A stretch of 64,000 bases of DNA from Heptranchias perlo (taxonomy: Eukaryota). Positions within the stretch are counted from its first letter, which is position 1. Each line of letters begins with the position of its first letter. Location of the stretch: the NCBI RefSeq assembly GCF_035084215.1, contig NC_090352.1, positions 26,412,001 to 26,476,000 of the forward strand, in the 5' to 3' direction. Below the pieces are notes generated by a model. The model was not told the DNA's origin. It did not search any database and saw nothing but the letters and a program-made list of their open reading frames with translations. Of the stretch, positions 11,188 to 23,576 are shown piece by piece. The position numbers and the translations under genes are program-made.

Positions 11188-11957
11188 TACTTGCTCCCAA
11201 CCTGCAAATTGTCGCCCTCTCTGACGAAGTAGGAAGTGAGCAGACGATTAAAATGCAACCTTCGGCATTACAGCTCCTCCCTGAGGAAAAACAAATGATT
11301 ACAGGCAAAAATTTCCTGCAAAACTCAAGAGTAGCATAACCATTGGAATGGTAACACACGAAGCTGACTTGTTTTTATTTAATTTACTTGTGCCAGGTTT
11401 TTAAAAAATAAATGAATCTTTGTACTGCATATTTACCACCTCCCAGACATGCCACTGGGAATGATAAGAACTGCCAATATTAAGAGTGAAATTTATAATG
11501 ACAAAAAGTGAGGCTCCTTGCTAGATCGTTTAATTAGAGGAAATGCTATTTGGTTTTCAGAATAAGACGCATTAAAATGTGACATTTTAAAAACAAAAGT
11601 TGATTTTGTTTTTTAATGCAAGTATTTTTACGCAAGTAATTCTTAAAAATATACACAGTAGTATGCATTAAATAGTTTGCAATGTGTGCACTGATTGTCT
11701 TAGTGTTGAAATCCGCATGAGACAAAACTGGATTATATCAAATGTTAGCTAGTTTAAAGAGACAGTATCTTGCACTAGGAGCTTTGGGACAGATCAAGAG
11801 AGCAGACTACAGTAAAATCTCATGATTACAGCTTGCAATCCCGGTATCCAGGGACTTTAACCATTTTAATAGCCTCGAAATCCCAGGTTTCACAGTCTGG
11901 AAACCCCAGGATTTGGATATTGTGAAAGTGACACAACATTATAAAGAATGAACGGAA

Positions 11958-12090
11958 AATAAAATATTGCCGATTCTGAAAATCTGAAACAAAAACAGAA
12001 AATGCTGGAGACACTCAACAGAGGAGGCAGCATCTGTAGACAGAACATAAATCAGTTGATACTTCAGGTATAGACCCTTCATTAAACTGA
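11958..12090 (-). mobile_element. Decayed short interspersed element, probably Penelope-associated, with a degenerate hammerhead-like motif
   Basis: aaaacagaaaatgctgga...cagcatctgt...ttcaggtatagacccttcatt; the - strand reads aatgaagggtctatacctgaag, a decayed CUGANGA...GAAA layout. Confidence 0.4.
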
Positions 12091-12479
12091 AAGATATTAC
12101 TGATGATTGCATTTAAAAAGGAACAGAACAAGGGGAAGGGGAGAAAACACACAATGACCACACACAGGTAAATAAATATCTAAATGACCTGTAAATACTA
12201 AGATGGGGAACAGGAAATGGTTTAATGACAGAATTGATATGTGCAGGAGACAAAAGATGGTATAATGAGTGAAACCAAGGAAGTAAAAGACATAAATGAG
12301 ATACTGAGAGTGTGCAAATAGATAGAGGGGAATAGGTAGGTAGAATGGGAAGCATGAAAAGACTCTGTTTTGCCACTACTGAGCCATAAGGAAAGATTGC
12401 CTTAAAGGAGGATTATCAGCATTTTGGGGGGAAAAGAGACCAAAATAGTTGTATATCATTTTCGTCATGATGCTTCTGT

Positions 12480-12919
12480 GTGCACCAAGTCCCGTTCACC
12501 CACCCCCCCTGTGCTCGCTGACCTACATTGGCTCCCTGACCGGGAACGCCTCAATTTTAAAATTCTCATCCTTGTTCTCAAATCCCTCCATGGTCTCAGT
12601 CCTCCTATCTCTGTAACCCCCTCCAGCCCTACAACTCTCCAAGGTCTCTGCGCTCCTCCAATTCTTGCCTCTTGCGCATCCCCGATTTTAATCGCTCCAC
12701 CAATGGCGGCTATGCCTTCAGCTGCCTAGGCCTAGCTCTGGAATTCCCTCCCTAAAGTTCTCCACCTCTCTACCTCTCTCCTCCTTTAAGACGTTCCTTA
12801 CACCCTATCCCAATATCTCCTCAGGTTTCAAAATTTGTCTGCTAACGCTCCTGTGAAGGGTCTTGGGACATTTTATTACATTAAAGGCACTATATAAATG
12901 CAATTTGTTGTTGTTGTTG
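12480..12919 (+). mobile_element. L2-like LINE 3' fragment
   Basis: Peptide PVLADLHWLP..RLNFKILILVLKSLHGL, typical of the L2 RT C-terminus; tail aaaggcactatataaatgcaatt(tgt)n. Confidence 0.75.
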
Positions 12920-14024
12920 CACAACCAATGTGATTAGATGTGTATATCATAATTAAACAACTGATATAACCACGTTATTTAGTAGCAGTTTGACCAACAA
13001 CTTTTCAGGAGTGACAATACCTCTTTAATTTCCTTTTTTCCCAAATAAGGGAACCTATAAGAAATGGGAGTAACCCTTTAAAGCAGATGTCAGCATGATT
13101 AACTGCCATTGGAATGTTGGTCACTGTTTGCCAAGGGAGTTGATTGACTGTATTTTGCCATGTTGAACATGTCACTGGTGATTAATCATAGTGCAAATCA
13201 ACCTTAAAGGGCCACTCCCACTTGAAAGAAAAAAAAACGTTGTTTTCCCCATTTTGTTCTTTTCCACGTCCATGGATAATTGTCTGAATTCTGTATTAAG
13301 GACTCTGATTGTGTTTTGCACATCTAATTTCCTTTGCCATAAATTAAGGTGAAAAATGTATTTTATTTTCATCTGTATACGGATGAGGATAATATAAATG
13401 TCTCAATTTGTATTTTGTTGTAAGAGTTACAGCTGTTTAATTTTGATTAAATTTGTGTAAGAAAATTTGCAATTCAGCCAGCCTGGAAACTTACAAAATG
13501 ATAAGTGAGAATCATATTAAGGATCCACTGTAATTTTCTCACTAAGTTTGTTTCGGAACAGTTTCAAAAGTGCAATTGAATCCAATTAAACATTTGTGTG
13601 ACAACCACAAAGACCTTAATAATTAAAATTATTGCGTACAGCGTCCGTCTATAGCATTTAATCTCCTAAAGGATTCACACCACAAAGGTTATGCACATTA
13701 ATAAGGCAAAAATTGTGATTGGCTCAAATAAACACTTACATTTAATTTTTTGTCCTATATGACATGGATATGAATGGAAACAAGATGGTCGCTTATATGA
13801 TTTGATGAAAATTATTCTGAGTAATTTGATAAATCACATTTGAGGTGTTTGATGGTTTATGAATTTTATCTTTGAAAAACAATTGAACAATTTGATCGAT
13901 TCATTTTATAGTGGCTGCTGCTTGCTGATTGGTAGCGTCTCTAGTTTGTATTTAATGAATGAAATATTTGACTAAATTGCAGATTGGTTCAAATTTAATC
14001 AATGGTTAGTTAGGCCAAACAAAA

Positions 14025-14565
14025 ATCTGCCTGTGGTCTCAAACAAGCTGCACATTCAGGGAGTGGTATCTCTTTCCATATGCAAAGATGCTAGACCACT
14101 GACGGGGAGCACACAAGGCAATGTGCATCCAGTCTCTGGCATCTTGGATCCTGGGGAAGCCTGCAATGTGGGCGAACAGAGTGCTCTCCCGTCCTGCTTC
14201 GCTCTGTCAATGGGGAATGTGATGTATATGTTCCTCCTGGTATAGAGAGCTCCGGTCACCTCCCTGATACAGCAGTGCACAGCAAACTGCAAGATGTCGC
14301 TGATGTCACCAATTGCAGCCTGGAACGACCCCATGATGTAAAAGTTAAGGGCCACAGTCACCTTGATAGTCAGAGGCAGTGCTGTCCATGCCCTGGTTTG
14401 GGGCTCCAGTTGTGGCTGCAGCAGGTGACAGAGCACTGTGACAGTCTCATTGGTGAAGCACAGACGCCTCACACATTGCTCCTCGGTGAAATTGAGATAT
14501 GAGAACTGCTCCCTGAAGACCCACTGTGGGCTGTGGGTATGGCCTCCTGCGCAGTGCCCTCTCAA
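14025..14565 (-). mobile_element. PIF/Harbinger (HARBI1-like) transposase fragment
   Basis: CVRRLCF...ALPLTIKVTVALNFYIMGSFQAAIGDISDILQFAVHCCIREVT...YITFP corresponds to the N-terminal HTH region of Harbinger DDE transposases; it frameshifts afterwards. Confidence 0.8.
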
Positions 14566-15379
14566 TCAGTACACCGCCAGAGGAAATTATTTTGGGAGGG
14601 GTGGGGGGGAGCTCCTTCACTGGAAATCAAACTTTAATCATGCTATTTCTAGTCATGAGAATTTACAGAAAAGTGCTCGTGAAAAATGAGTTGAGTTGAA
14701 TTTAGAGGTTTAAAAGATTTGTCAATATTGCCCCAACCAGGACATTTAATGTCTCAGAACTAAAACTTTGTCAGTTTCAAGCTCATTACATTTTGAGTGG
14801 CCTTCAAGGGAATGTATTATATAATGTTAGATTTATATCATTTGATGTCTGCCTTTTAGGTTTCCCCTGGAAGTCTTACATGTGGTTATTTTTGTTCCTC
14901 TTTAGATTAAGTAAATGACTAAAGATTATAAATTGTCTTTCAGAAGGAGTGGCCTCAAAAAGCAAACTAGCTGTTTCTTAATCCAAGCTTTTTATGCTGT
15001 TCCTTCCAACCTCATTCATCCACATAAATACCAATGTGATTAAAGTCAGTTTAATCTCACAATCTTTAATTTACAATTTAAGTATCTGTAATTTTTGTTC
15101 TGAGTTTTTACCCTTTTTAATTAACATTTACAGGGACTCCAGTTTCTGTTTGGAAACCATTTCCTCAGGATTTTACTCATTTCTTAAACTGCCTACTAGT
15201 AATTACAAAGATAACTATGCGCATCAGTTAATTGCTGCAAGTTAAAGTAATTCACAAGATTCAAGGTATTTTGTTAAAGGGAGGCCATAGTAGACATTGA
15301 GACAAATAAAAGTACCTGCAATTTGTTGGCTGGTTAATGTTTTTTTCTGCAGTGAGAAAGCATTTTCAAGTGGAACGTG

Positions 15380-15691
15380 GTTTAATATTTAACTTTTATT
15401 TCATATATTGGAATACACTTGAACAACAAAAATTATCTCAAAGCTACTCGTATTTTCGTGCCGAGTAAACATTCTTTTAGTAAAGTAACACATTGATATC
15501 ATCAAGAAAAAAGTGTAACTGTGCCCTTGCAGTAACACTGAACGCTTTGTCTGGTTGACCTGATTATAGGTAAATCTCATGTCCTTGGTCATTTTGTTAA
15601 TCTTTATTTACTTTCACTTATTAAAACTATAAAATGAAAATGGAGACCTATAAGCTGTGCAATTCAAATATATTTTACTGAGGCTATAAAA
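15380..15691 (+). promoter_or_regulatory. Candidate TMIGD1 proximal promoter (HNF1-like site and TATA-like box)
   Basis: gtttaatatttaac at 15380-15393 resembles the HNF1 consensus GTTAATNATTAAC; TATAAAA at 15685-15691 lies about 280 nt upstream of the ATG. Motif-only evidence. Confidence 0.3.
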
Positions 15692-15968
15692 AATCATCAG
15701 AAAGGATTATGTATAAAGTTTGGTGATGAAAGCATCAGATCTAGCTGTCTACGGCTGTTTCTTACAACTTTCTATACAGTTTTGTTGAGATTTTCCTTTG
15801 TTAGCATATCTGTTGAGGTGAACCACTGAAAAAAGTCAGAACAATAATTAAAGTAATTTTAATAAATTTACACCTTGTTTTTCCTAGCTACTTGTTTATC
15901 TTTGGAATTTCATCAGGAATACTGAAGGCTCTTTGGCATTTTACAAATTCTTTGTTTATTCCTGAAAT

Positions 15969-16047
15969 ATGGCTCCACGGACCTTTGAGAATCTCATCTT
16001 TGGGCTAATTTTTATTGTGGCATCACATTTTGTTCCTGGATATACAG
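15969..16047 (+). CDS. TMIGD1: TMIGD1, signal peptide exon
   Basis: Translates MAPRTFENLIFGLIFIVASHFVPGYT with donor G|gtatgt; hydrophobic leader, and phase 1 matches the next exon. Confidence 0.75.
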
Positions 16048-16215
16048 GTATGTATGTTGCATATTATTTTGTTTTTAGTGACCAGCACAGATAATGGAAA
16101 TGTTCTAAACTCATCTGAACCATGTGAACTATTTTATTTATTTCAGCATATGTTCATTTGGTGTTATTTGGTTTTGTCATATTTTGCGTAGGCTTCGAGG
16201 AGCTCCTGAACATTT

Positions 16216-16304
16216 ACCTGAGGAAGGAGGAAGTCTCCGAAAGCTTGTGAATTTAAAATAAAATTGCTGGACTATAACTTGGTGTTGTAAAATTGTTTAC
16301 AATT
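16216..16304 (+). mobile_element. Penelope-like terminal fragment with minimal hammerhead ribozyme core
   Basis: tttac-CTGAGGA-a-ggag(gaagt)ctcc-GAAA-gc-tt-gtgaa. Confidence 0.75.
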
Positions 16305-17224
16305 TTGGATTAACATTATAGTGTTTAAAAAGGAAGTGTTAAGCTCAATATAAGTTATGAATGCATCTTAGTGAAATCAAGTTAAATAGAATTTGTTACA
16401 AAAGACTTGCTTCTGTGCTAAAATGTGCTATTGCTTTGAATATGTAATGAGAGTGTGCCAGGCGCATTTAGTTTGTAAAAGGTCAACAAAGTTTGGCTTT
16501 CAAAAATCTACAGTTAATAAATTTATGCTTTCAGTAACTTGATGATGACTTTGCAAGAGTTTGATTAATATGTTTTTAAAAATGTGAATTTGCCGTCCCC
16601 AAACTGTTGATTAACATCTGTCAAGTACAATGGGATACTTATATGTAACAATGCTACACAGCAAGAATGTGGCATCAGATCACATTACAAAGCATTGGAA
16701 GGCATCTCTGCATAACTAACTAGCAACATAAAACATTTTTTCAAAGTGTGGCCAAAGGTGCTGACAATGTTATAATATAAATAGAATATTGAAGGACCAC
16801 TGATTATAGCAAATCTACGACTTTTCCAATGACTACAGCAATTTACTTTTAAGGACGTATGAAAAAAGGACAGAAAAGCTCATTTGCTCCATGGAACTCA
16901 TCTCTCCAGCACTCTTAACTCAGCCAGCCTAGCATCTAGCCACATTTTGAATGCCCGAATGTTTTTGATTCCATTCCCTTACTTGGTAGATTATAACAAA
17001 TATTTATTAGGTTTTGAGCAAAGAATTTTTCTCTCATAGCAGTCAGTTTGTGTGTGGTTTTACTGCTTGTGAATTAAACAGTCAAATGAATGAATCACTG
17101 AATATTGTTAATATTCCATGGCTCCCTGCTGTACATCTTTTATTTATGCCTTTCCTGAAGTGATACTTGTGTGAAATAAATTGCTACACACTACATCTGT
17201 CAAATTTAAGACCTGGGCACAGAA

Positions 17225-17470
17225 CCAGAAATGAAAAATTAGAGCTAAGCCATTCAGGAGTGAAATCAGGAAGCACTTTTTCACTCAAAGAGCGGTGGAA
17301 ATCTGGAATTCTTTCCCCCAAAAGGCTGTGGATGCTAGGTCAATTGAAATGATCAAAATTGAGATCGATAGATTTTTATTAGGTAACGATATCGGGGGAT
17401 TATGGATCAAAGGCAGGTAAATAGAGTTGAGGTACAGATCAGCTGAATGGCCTACTCCTGTTCCTTTGTT
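17225..17470 (+). mobile_element. CR1 3' end
   Basis: Ends gaatggcctactcctgttcct. Confidence 0.7.
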
Positions 17471-18109
17471 CTGAAAGACTGAACTTGACCGATAAAAGCA
17501 AAATAATTCCTAGCTTAATAAAACAAATTGTGAAAGCCGGCGGTTAATTTGTGTTGGGTAGGATAATGGAGAAGCGGTTCAAGAACTTCCCTGTGTTGTC
17601 CGAAACCAACTACATGTCTTGTTCAGGTAGAGTCTGTGTGCTACCAGACATATGAAGTGTTTTTTGTATGGAAGCAGAAACTCTCCATTTCAGTGTCCCA
17701 CCTAAAGGAAAATGATTGTCAGATTAAACTTCATTCTGTGGGATTGCCTAGATACAGCACAATTCATTTCAACGAAAAATTAATACAAAAAAATGGTGTT
17801 ATGGATCGGGCTTTAAAACATAATTTCTGTTCTAACAAGAGTACAGTACCAGGTTAACCCCTCTAGATCAAATAAGGTATGTCTTAGATGTGTAGCCTAG
17901 GGCTAACAGTTACCTCTTCTAACAATGCACACTGGAATTCACAGAGTATTTTCATTACATCTGTCAGTCTCCAAGGCAGAAAGTATAAAATGCTAGACCC
18001 ACTTCATACCGGCTAAAATAAGTGATCAAATTTATTTATACGAACAATTTACAAACATATTAGAAAAATACTATACAGTATGGTAACAGTTTATAAAAGA
18101 TCTGGAAAC

Positions 18110-18748
18110 ACCCCATTTGCGGCTAAGTAACATTCACGCCAGTCAAGTGCCAGGCAATGACCATCTCCAACAAAAGAGAGTCTAACCACCTCCCCTTGAC
18201 ATTCAACGGCATTACCATCGCCAAATCCCACACCATCAACATCCTGGGGGTCCCCATTAACCAGAAATTTAACTGGACCAGCCACATAAATACCGTGGCT
18301 ACATGAGCAGGTCAGAGGTTGGGTAATTCTGCAGCAAGTGACTCACCTCCTGACTCCCCAAAGCCTTTCCACCATCTACAAGGCACCGGTCCAAAGTGTG
18401 ATGAAATACTCTCCACTTGCCTGGATGAGTGCAGCTCCAACAACACTCAAGAATCTCGACACCATCTAGGACAAAGCCGCCCGCTTGATTGGCACCCCAT
18501 TCACAACCCTAAACATTCACTCCCTTCACCACTGGTGCACTGTGGCTGCAGTGTGTACCATCTACAGGATGCACTGCAGCAACTCGCCAAGGCTTCTTTG
18601 ACAGCACCTCCCAAACCCGCGACCTCTACCACCTAGAGGGACAAGGCCAGCAGGCGGATGGGAACACCACCACCTGCACGTTCCCCTCCAAGTCACACAC
18701 TATCCTGACTTGGAAATATATCGCCGTTCCTTCATTGTCGCTGGGTCA
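18110..18748 (+). mobile_element. Second LINE family (CR1/L2 superclade), RT C-terminal fragment
   Basis: Same sequence family as 33785-34485 and 60140-60795. Confidence 0.8.
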
Positions 18749-19457
18749 TTGGAAGAAGAATGGGAAGGAGGAACAATTGCAGCCTGCAGAGGCCTTGAGG
18801 AGTGCTGTGCAGCCAGGTGTAGCACGCCTGCTCCTTCTGGCTCCACATGAAAGTTTTTTGAAAAAAAGTTTACCTTTCTAAAGCGGGCTACTTGCTTAGT
18901 CGCATCCATGGCAGGAAAACCTGAGCGGTGCAGGGCCAGCACCTGCTCCATTCAGAGGAGCCCAATTTCAGCAAGGGATCTTAAAACAGGCGTTGGGACC
19001 CTCATTAACATACGCAAGAGGTCTGTTTTAGGAGGCCGCCAGGTCAGTCAGAGGTAATTCAGGTATCTATGGCATGGAACATAGCCCCACGAAATTGGTC
19101 CTTTTTGCCCCCATTTTCCGCCTGGAAAACAGATGCAACTAGGTCCAATTTCTACCCCACTGAATTATGCTCTACACTGGCAACATTTTGGTTTTATTAG
19201 GTCTCCCTTCATAAGAATAGCATAAAATCGGCTTTAGTTGCACAATTTCTTCTTTCCGATATACTCAGACTACGAAAGAACTGGGTACACAGCATTCTTT
19301 TAAGGATACTTTTACTTTTCAAGATAGGCTGGCCCATCATGCTTGGTTAAATCGTGTGATCAAAATAACAATGCTATCTTGTGCTGTTACAAAAATGCAG
19401 ACTTTCATAATATTTCCTTGAGGTTGAAATCTCAATATTACTGTACTAACCAACAAC

Positions 19458-20740
19458 CACGGATTGTTAAAGGCAAATCGTGTTTAACTAACCTGATTGA
19501 GTTTTTTAATGAGGTAACAGAAAGGGTTGATGAGGGCAATGCGGTTGATGTGTATATGGACTTCCAAAAGGTATTTGATAAAAGTGCCACATAATAGGCT
19601 TGTCAGCAAAGTTGAAGCCCTTGGAATAAAAAGGGCAGTGGCAGCATGGATACAAAATTGGCTAAGTGACAGGAAACAGAGAGTAGTGGTGAACGGTTGT
19701 TTTTCAGACTGCAGAAAGGTGTACAGTGGTGTTACCCAGGGTTTGGTACTAGGACCACTGCTTTTCTTGATATATATTAATGACTTGGACTTGGGTGTAC
19801 AGGGCACAATTTCAAAATTTGCAGATGACACAAAACTTGGAAGTATAGTAAACAGTGAGGAGGATAGTGATAGACTTCAAGAGGGCATAGACAGGATGGT
19901 GGAATGGGCGGACGCATGGCAGATGAAATTTAACCCAGAGAAGTGCAAAGTGATTCATTTTGGTAGGAAGAACGAGGAGAGGCAATATAAACTAAAGGGT
20001 ACAATTCTAAAGTGGGTGCAGGAACAGAGAGACCTGGGGGTATATGTGCACAAATCTTTGAAGGTGGCAGGGCACGTTGAGAAAACAGTTAAAAATGCAT
20101 ATGGGATCCTGGGCTTTATAAATAGATGCATAGAGTACAAAAGCAAGGAAGTAATGATTACTTTATAAAATACTGGTTCGGCCACAACTGGAATATTGTG
20201 TCCAATTCTGGGCACTGCACTTTAGGAAGGATGTGAAGGCCTTAGAGAGTATGCAAAAAAGATTTACTAGAATGGTTCCAGCGATGAGGGACATCAGTTA
20301 CGTGGATAGACTGGAGAAGCTGGGGTTGTTCTGCTTAGAGCAGAGAAGGTTGAGAGGAGATTTGATAGAGGTATTCAAAATCATGAGGGGTCTAGACAGA
20401 GTAGGTAGAGAGCAGCTTTTCCCATTGGCAGAGGAGTCGAGGACCAGGGGACACAGATTTAAGCTAATTGGCAAAAGAACCAAAGACGACATGAGGAAAA
20501 ACTTTTTTACTCAGCAAGTTGTTATGACCTGGAATGCACTGCCTGAAAGGGTGGTGGAGGCGGATTCAATCGTGGCTTTTCAAAAAGGAATGAAATAAGT
20601 ACTTGAAGGAAAAAAATTTGCAGGGCTAAGGGGAAAGGGCGGGGGAGTGGGACCAGCTGGATTGCTCTTGCAGAGAGCCGGCACGGGCTCGACTAGCTGA
20701 ATGACCTCCTTCTGTGCTGTAACCATTCTATGATTCTATG
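19458..20740 (+). mobile_element. CR1 LINE, 5'-truncated
   Basis: RT motifs KSCLTNLIEFF, QGLVLGPLLFLIYINDL and KFADDTKL; (attctatg)n tail. Confidence 0.92.
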
Positions 20741-20869
20741 GAGACAGTTGAAGGACCCTGTTACAATACAATGATATAACTTACAGTAGAGCTATTGTGC
20801 TTATTATTTCCTTAGTTGACTCTTTTCCTGTTACATGTATGGAAAATAATGCTGTTCTTCCTTATTCAG

Positions 20870-21148
20870 GTGTAGAGATTGCTATTAATAATATCACAAC
20901 TGACTACAGAATCACCATGAATGTCTCGGATTCTCTTTCATTAAAATGCGCAGCAGTCAACAACACCCAGGATGAAGAGTTAGTCTGGTTTCGGGACAAC
21001 AGAGCAATTAAATTGAAGTCTATGAATCGGTTCAATGTTAGCACTGTCTGCATCGATCCAATCACAGAAGTTGACAATGAAGCTACTTTCAGCTGCCATT
21101 TAAACAAAAATCATGACATCAATACAACTGTGGTTCTGGACATCAAGT
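20870..21148 (+). CDS. TMIGD1: TMIGD1, Ig-like domain 1 exon
   Basis: ttcag|GT...AAG T|gtgagt, 279 nt. Contains SLSLKCAAVNNTQDEELVWFRDNR...STVCIDPITEVDNEATFSCHL, with the C/W/C Ig core and the TMIGD1-type EEL.W.R and D..TF.C motifs. Confidence 0.9.
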
Positions 21149-21859
21149 GTGAGTAACCTACCAATCTTAAGAAGCCAGAAGAACTAAATTATTTAAAGGA
21201 ACCTAACTAGGGAGAGGGATGATGCTAATGAAGAAAGCAAACAGGTTTCTAGTTTGTGACCAGTCACAGTATTAATTAATAGTGAATTTGACCACACAAC
21301 AAAGTATGCCGGTAAATAACATGCAGCAAGAAAAGGATTTGGAGTTGACTAAATGTTGTGAGTGTTGTTGCATTATATGACAGCAGTTCCCACTGCTAAT
21401 AGAATGTCATGATAAATCAATAGATTTCAATGAGACAATACTGATACCATGTAAGGCAATAGTGAGACCAGGCTTGAGGTAAGCTATCCATTTTGGACAA
21501 CAAAATTAAAAAGGGATATAGAGGTTTTGGAAAGGTTCAAAAATGGGTTAACAAGGATGGTAAATTAGCTGTGAAGGAAGGGTAATTGAGTAAAATCTGT
21601 TCTTGTTGAAAATATTGTGAGAAGGGGAGAAGACATAATCCCAAGTTTTTCAAGGTATAAATGAAATTGTCCAGCTGGATATAGAGAAATTGTTTGAGCC
21701 AAACCATGAGAAAAAAAAACTAGGGGACTGATGGTTAAAGTTAAGGAAATTTTGAGGTAAACATAAGTTATGGAATCACGACTCCACAGTCGAAATTAGT
21801 TTTAATCATCAATAGATTTTGGCTGGGATTTTCCATTTTGGTGGAAGTCCGACAAATAT

Positions 21860-22561
21860 GCGCACAAATCGTTGAAAGTGACGGGGCAGGTTGAGAAAGC
21901 AGTTAAAAAAGCATACGGGATCCTAGGCTTTTTAAATAGAGGTATAGAGTACAAAAGCAAGGAAGTCATGATGAACCTTTATAAAACACTGGTTCAACCA
22001 CAACTGGAGTATTGTGTCCAGTTCTGGGCACCGCACTTTAGGAAAGATGTGAAGGCCTTAGAGAGGGTGCAGAAAAGATTTACTAGAATGATTCCAGGGA
22101 TGAGGGACTTTAGTTGCGTGGATAGACTGGAGAAACTGGGGTTGTTCTCCTTGGAACAGAGAAGGTTGAAAGGATATTTGATAGAGGTATTCAAAATCAT
22201 GAAGGGTCTAGACAGAATAGATAGAGAGAAACTGTTCCCATTGGCGGAAGGGTCAAGAACCAGAGGACGTAGATTTAAGGTGATTGGCAAAAGAAGCAAA
22301 GGTGACATGAGGAAAAACTTTTTTACGCAGCGAGTGGTTAGGATCTGAAATGCACTGCCGGGGGTGGGGGGTGGAGGCAAATTCAATCGTGGCTTTCAAA
22401 AGGGAACTGGATAAGTACTTGAAATGAAATATTTGCAGGGCTACGGAGATAGGGCGGGGGAGTGGGACTAGCTGGATTGCTCTTGCATAGAGCTGGCACG
22501 AACTCAATGGGCTGAATGACCTCCTTCCATGCTGTAACCTTTCTATGATTCTATGATTCTA
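21860..22561 (+). mobile_element. CR1 LINE 3' fragment
   Basis: ORF 21872-22348 (YCVQFWAPHFRKD...RKNFFTQRVV) and ttctatgattctatg tail. Confidence 0.92.
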
Positions 22562-22783
22562 TTGTTGAGGTGCCTTAAAGGCCATCCACTATTGGGATGT
22601 CCAATATGCTTAGAAGCAGCATGAACATTTAGTTCTTCAACTTCCAGGAATGTACTTTAGTATATATAGTGTGGGATCATTTGAATTGTCATTTTTGTTT
22701 TTTCATGTTCAAAAATTGTACATAACAAGTTAAAAATTGCTTTATAATTGTGTTTAGTTTTTTTTGTGCTTAAATTGTTGCAG

Positions 22784-23068
22784 TTACTCCGAGGCTGAGT
22801 GGGAATGGTGATGATCAAATAGAAGTACATAAAGGAGATGATGTGACGTTAACTTGCAATGTGAAGTCCAATCCACCGGCCATTATGTCCTGGTATAAAG
22901 ATAACAATACCCTGAAGATGGTGGCTGGCAAGCACCATGTGTACTGGGACAGTGGTGTCTTTACACTATCTATTAGGAAGATACAGAAAGTGGAAAATGG
23001 GACGTACGTCTGTATGGCTATTTCCACACTTGGAAGCAGCAACTTGGCCTTCTATCTGAATGTGAAAG
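22784..23068 (+). CDS. TMIGD1: TMIGD1, Ig-like domain 2 exon
   Basis: ttgcag|TT...AAA G|gtagga, 285 nt. Contains DVTLTCNVKSNPPAIMSWYKDN...LSIRKIQKVENGTYVC. Confidence 0.92.
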
Positions 23069-23472
23069 GTAGGAATGATCAAAACTTATAGCCAAGAAGA
23101 ACAGCTAAATTAAAATGAGCAAATATATTATTCCTGTTCCCTCAAAAATTCCATTTTAATGTACTTTCTACTGAGATTTTTTTCCAATACAAATAATGAT
23201 TTGTTCTAATATCAAATACTGGCTTCTCTCCCTTAGCAGTTATACAGTTTACAAGCTTACAAAATACATGCACTGACCACAGAGTATGCAGATGTGGCTG
23301 AACTGTACTGGAAGTGTATAACTTGAAACCATTTTACTGAATGTGTGCTATTATTCAGTGCCTACCTATTCTTAACAAAGTATTAGCACAACATTATTCT
23401 TAAGGCTATCTTTGATTGATAAGCTTTTAATTGCTGCAGCCTGTAACAAACAGTCCTTATATTCTTTGACAG

Positions 23473-23576
23473 ATAAACCATTTCAAATTCCAATTGAACC
23501 GATCATTGCTGGGCTAGTGGTTGTTGTGGTGACTATCATTTTTGGAATCATTTCACGAAGAAATAAAATTATTGAG
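23473..23576 (+). CDS. TMIGD1: TMIGD1, transmembrane exon
   Basis: gacag|AT...GAG|gtgagt, 104 nt. Translates PIEPIIAGLVVVVVTIIFGIISRRNKIIE (PIEPIIA matches TMIGD1). Confidence 0.92.

Noticed and set aside
14056-14565. Possible domesticated HARBI1 gene
   Set aside because: Frameshifted before the catalytic domain and truncated; a transposon relic.
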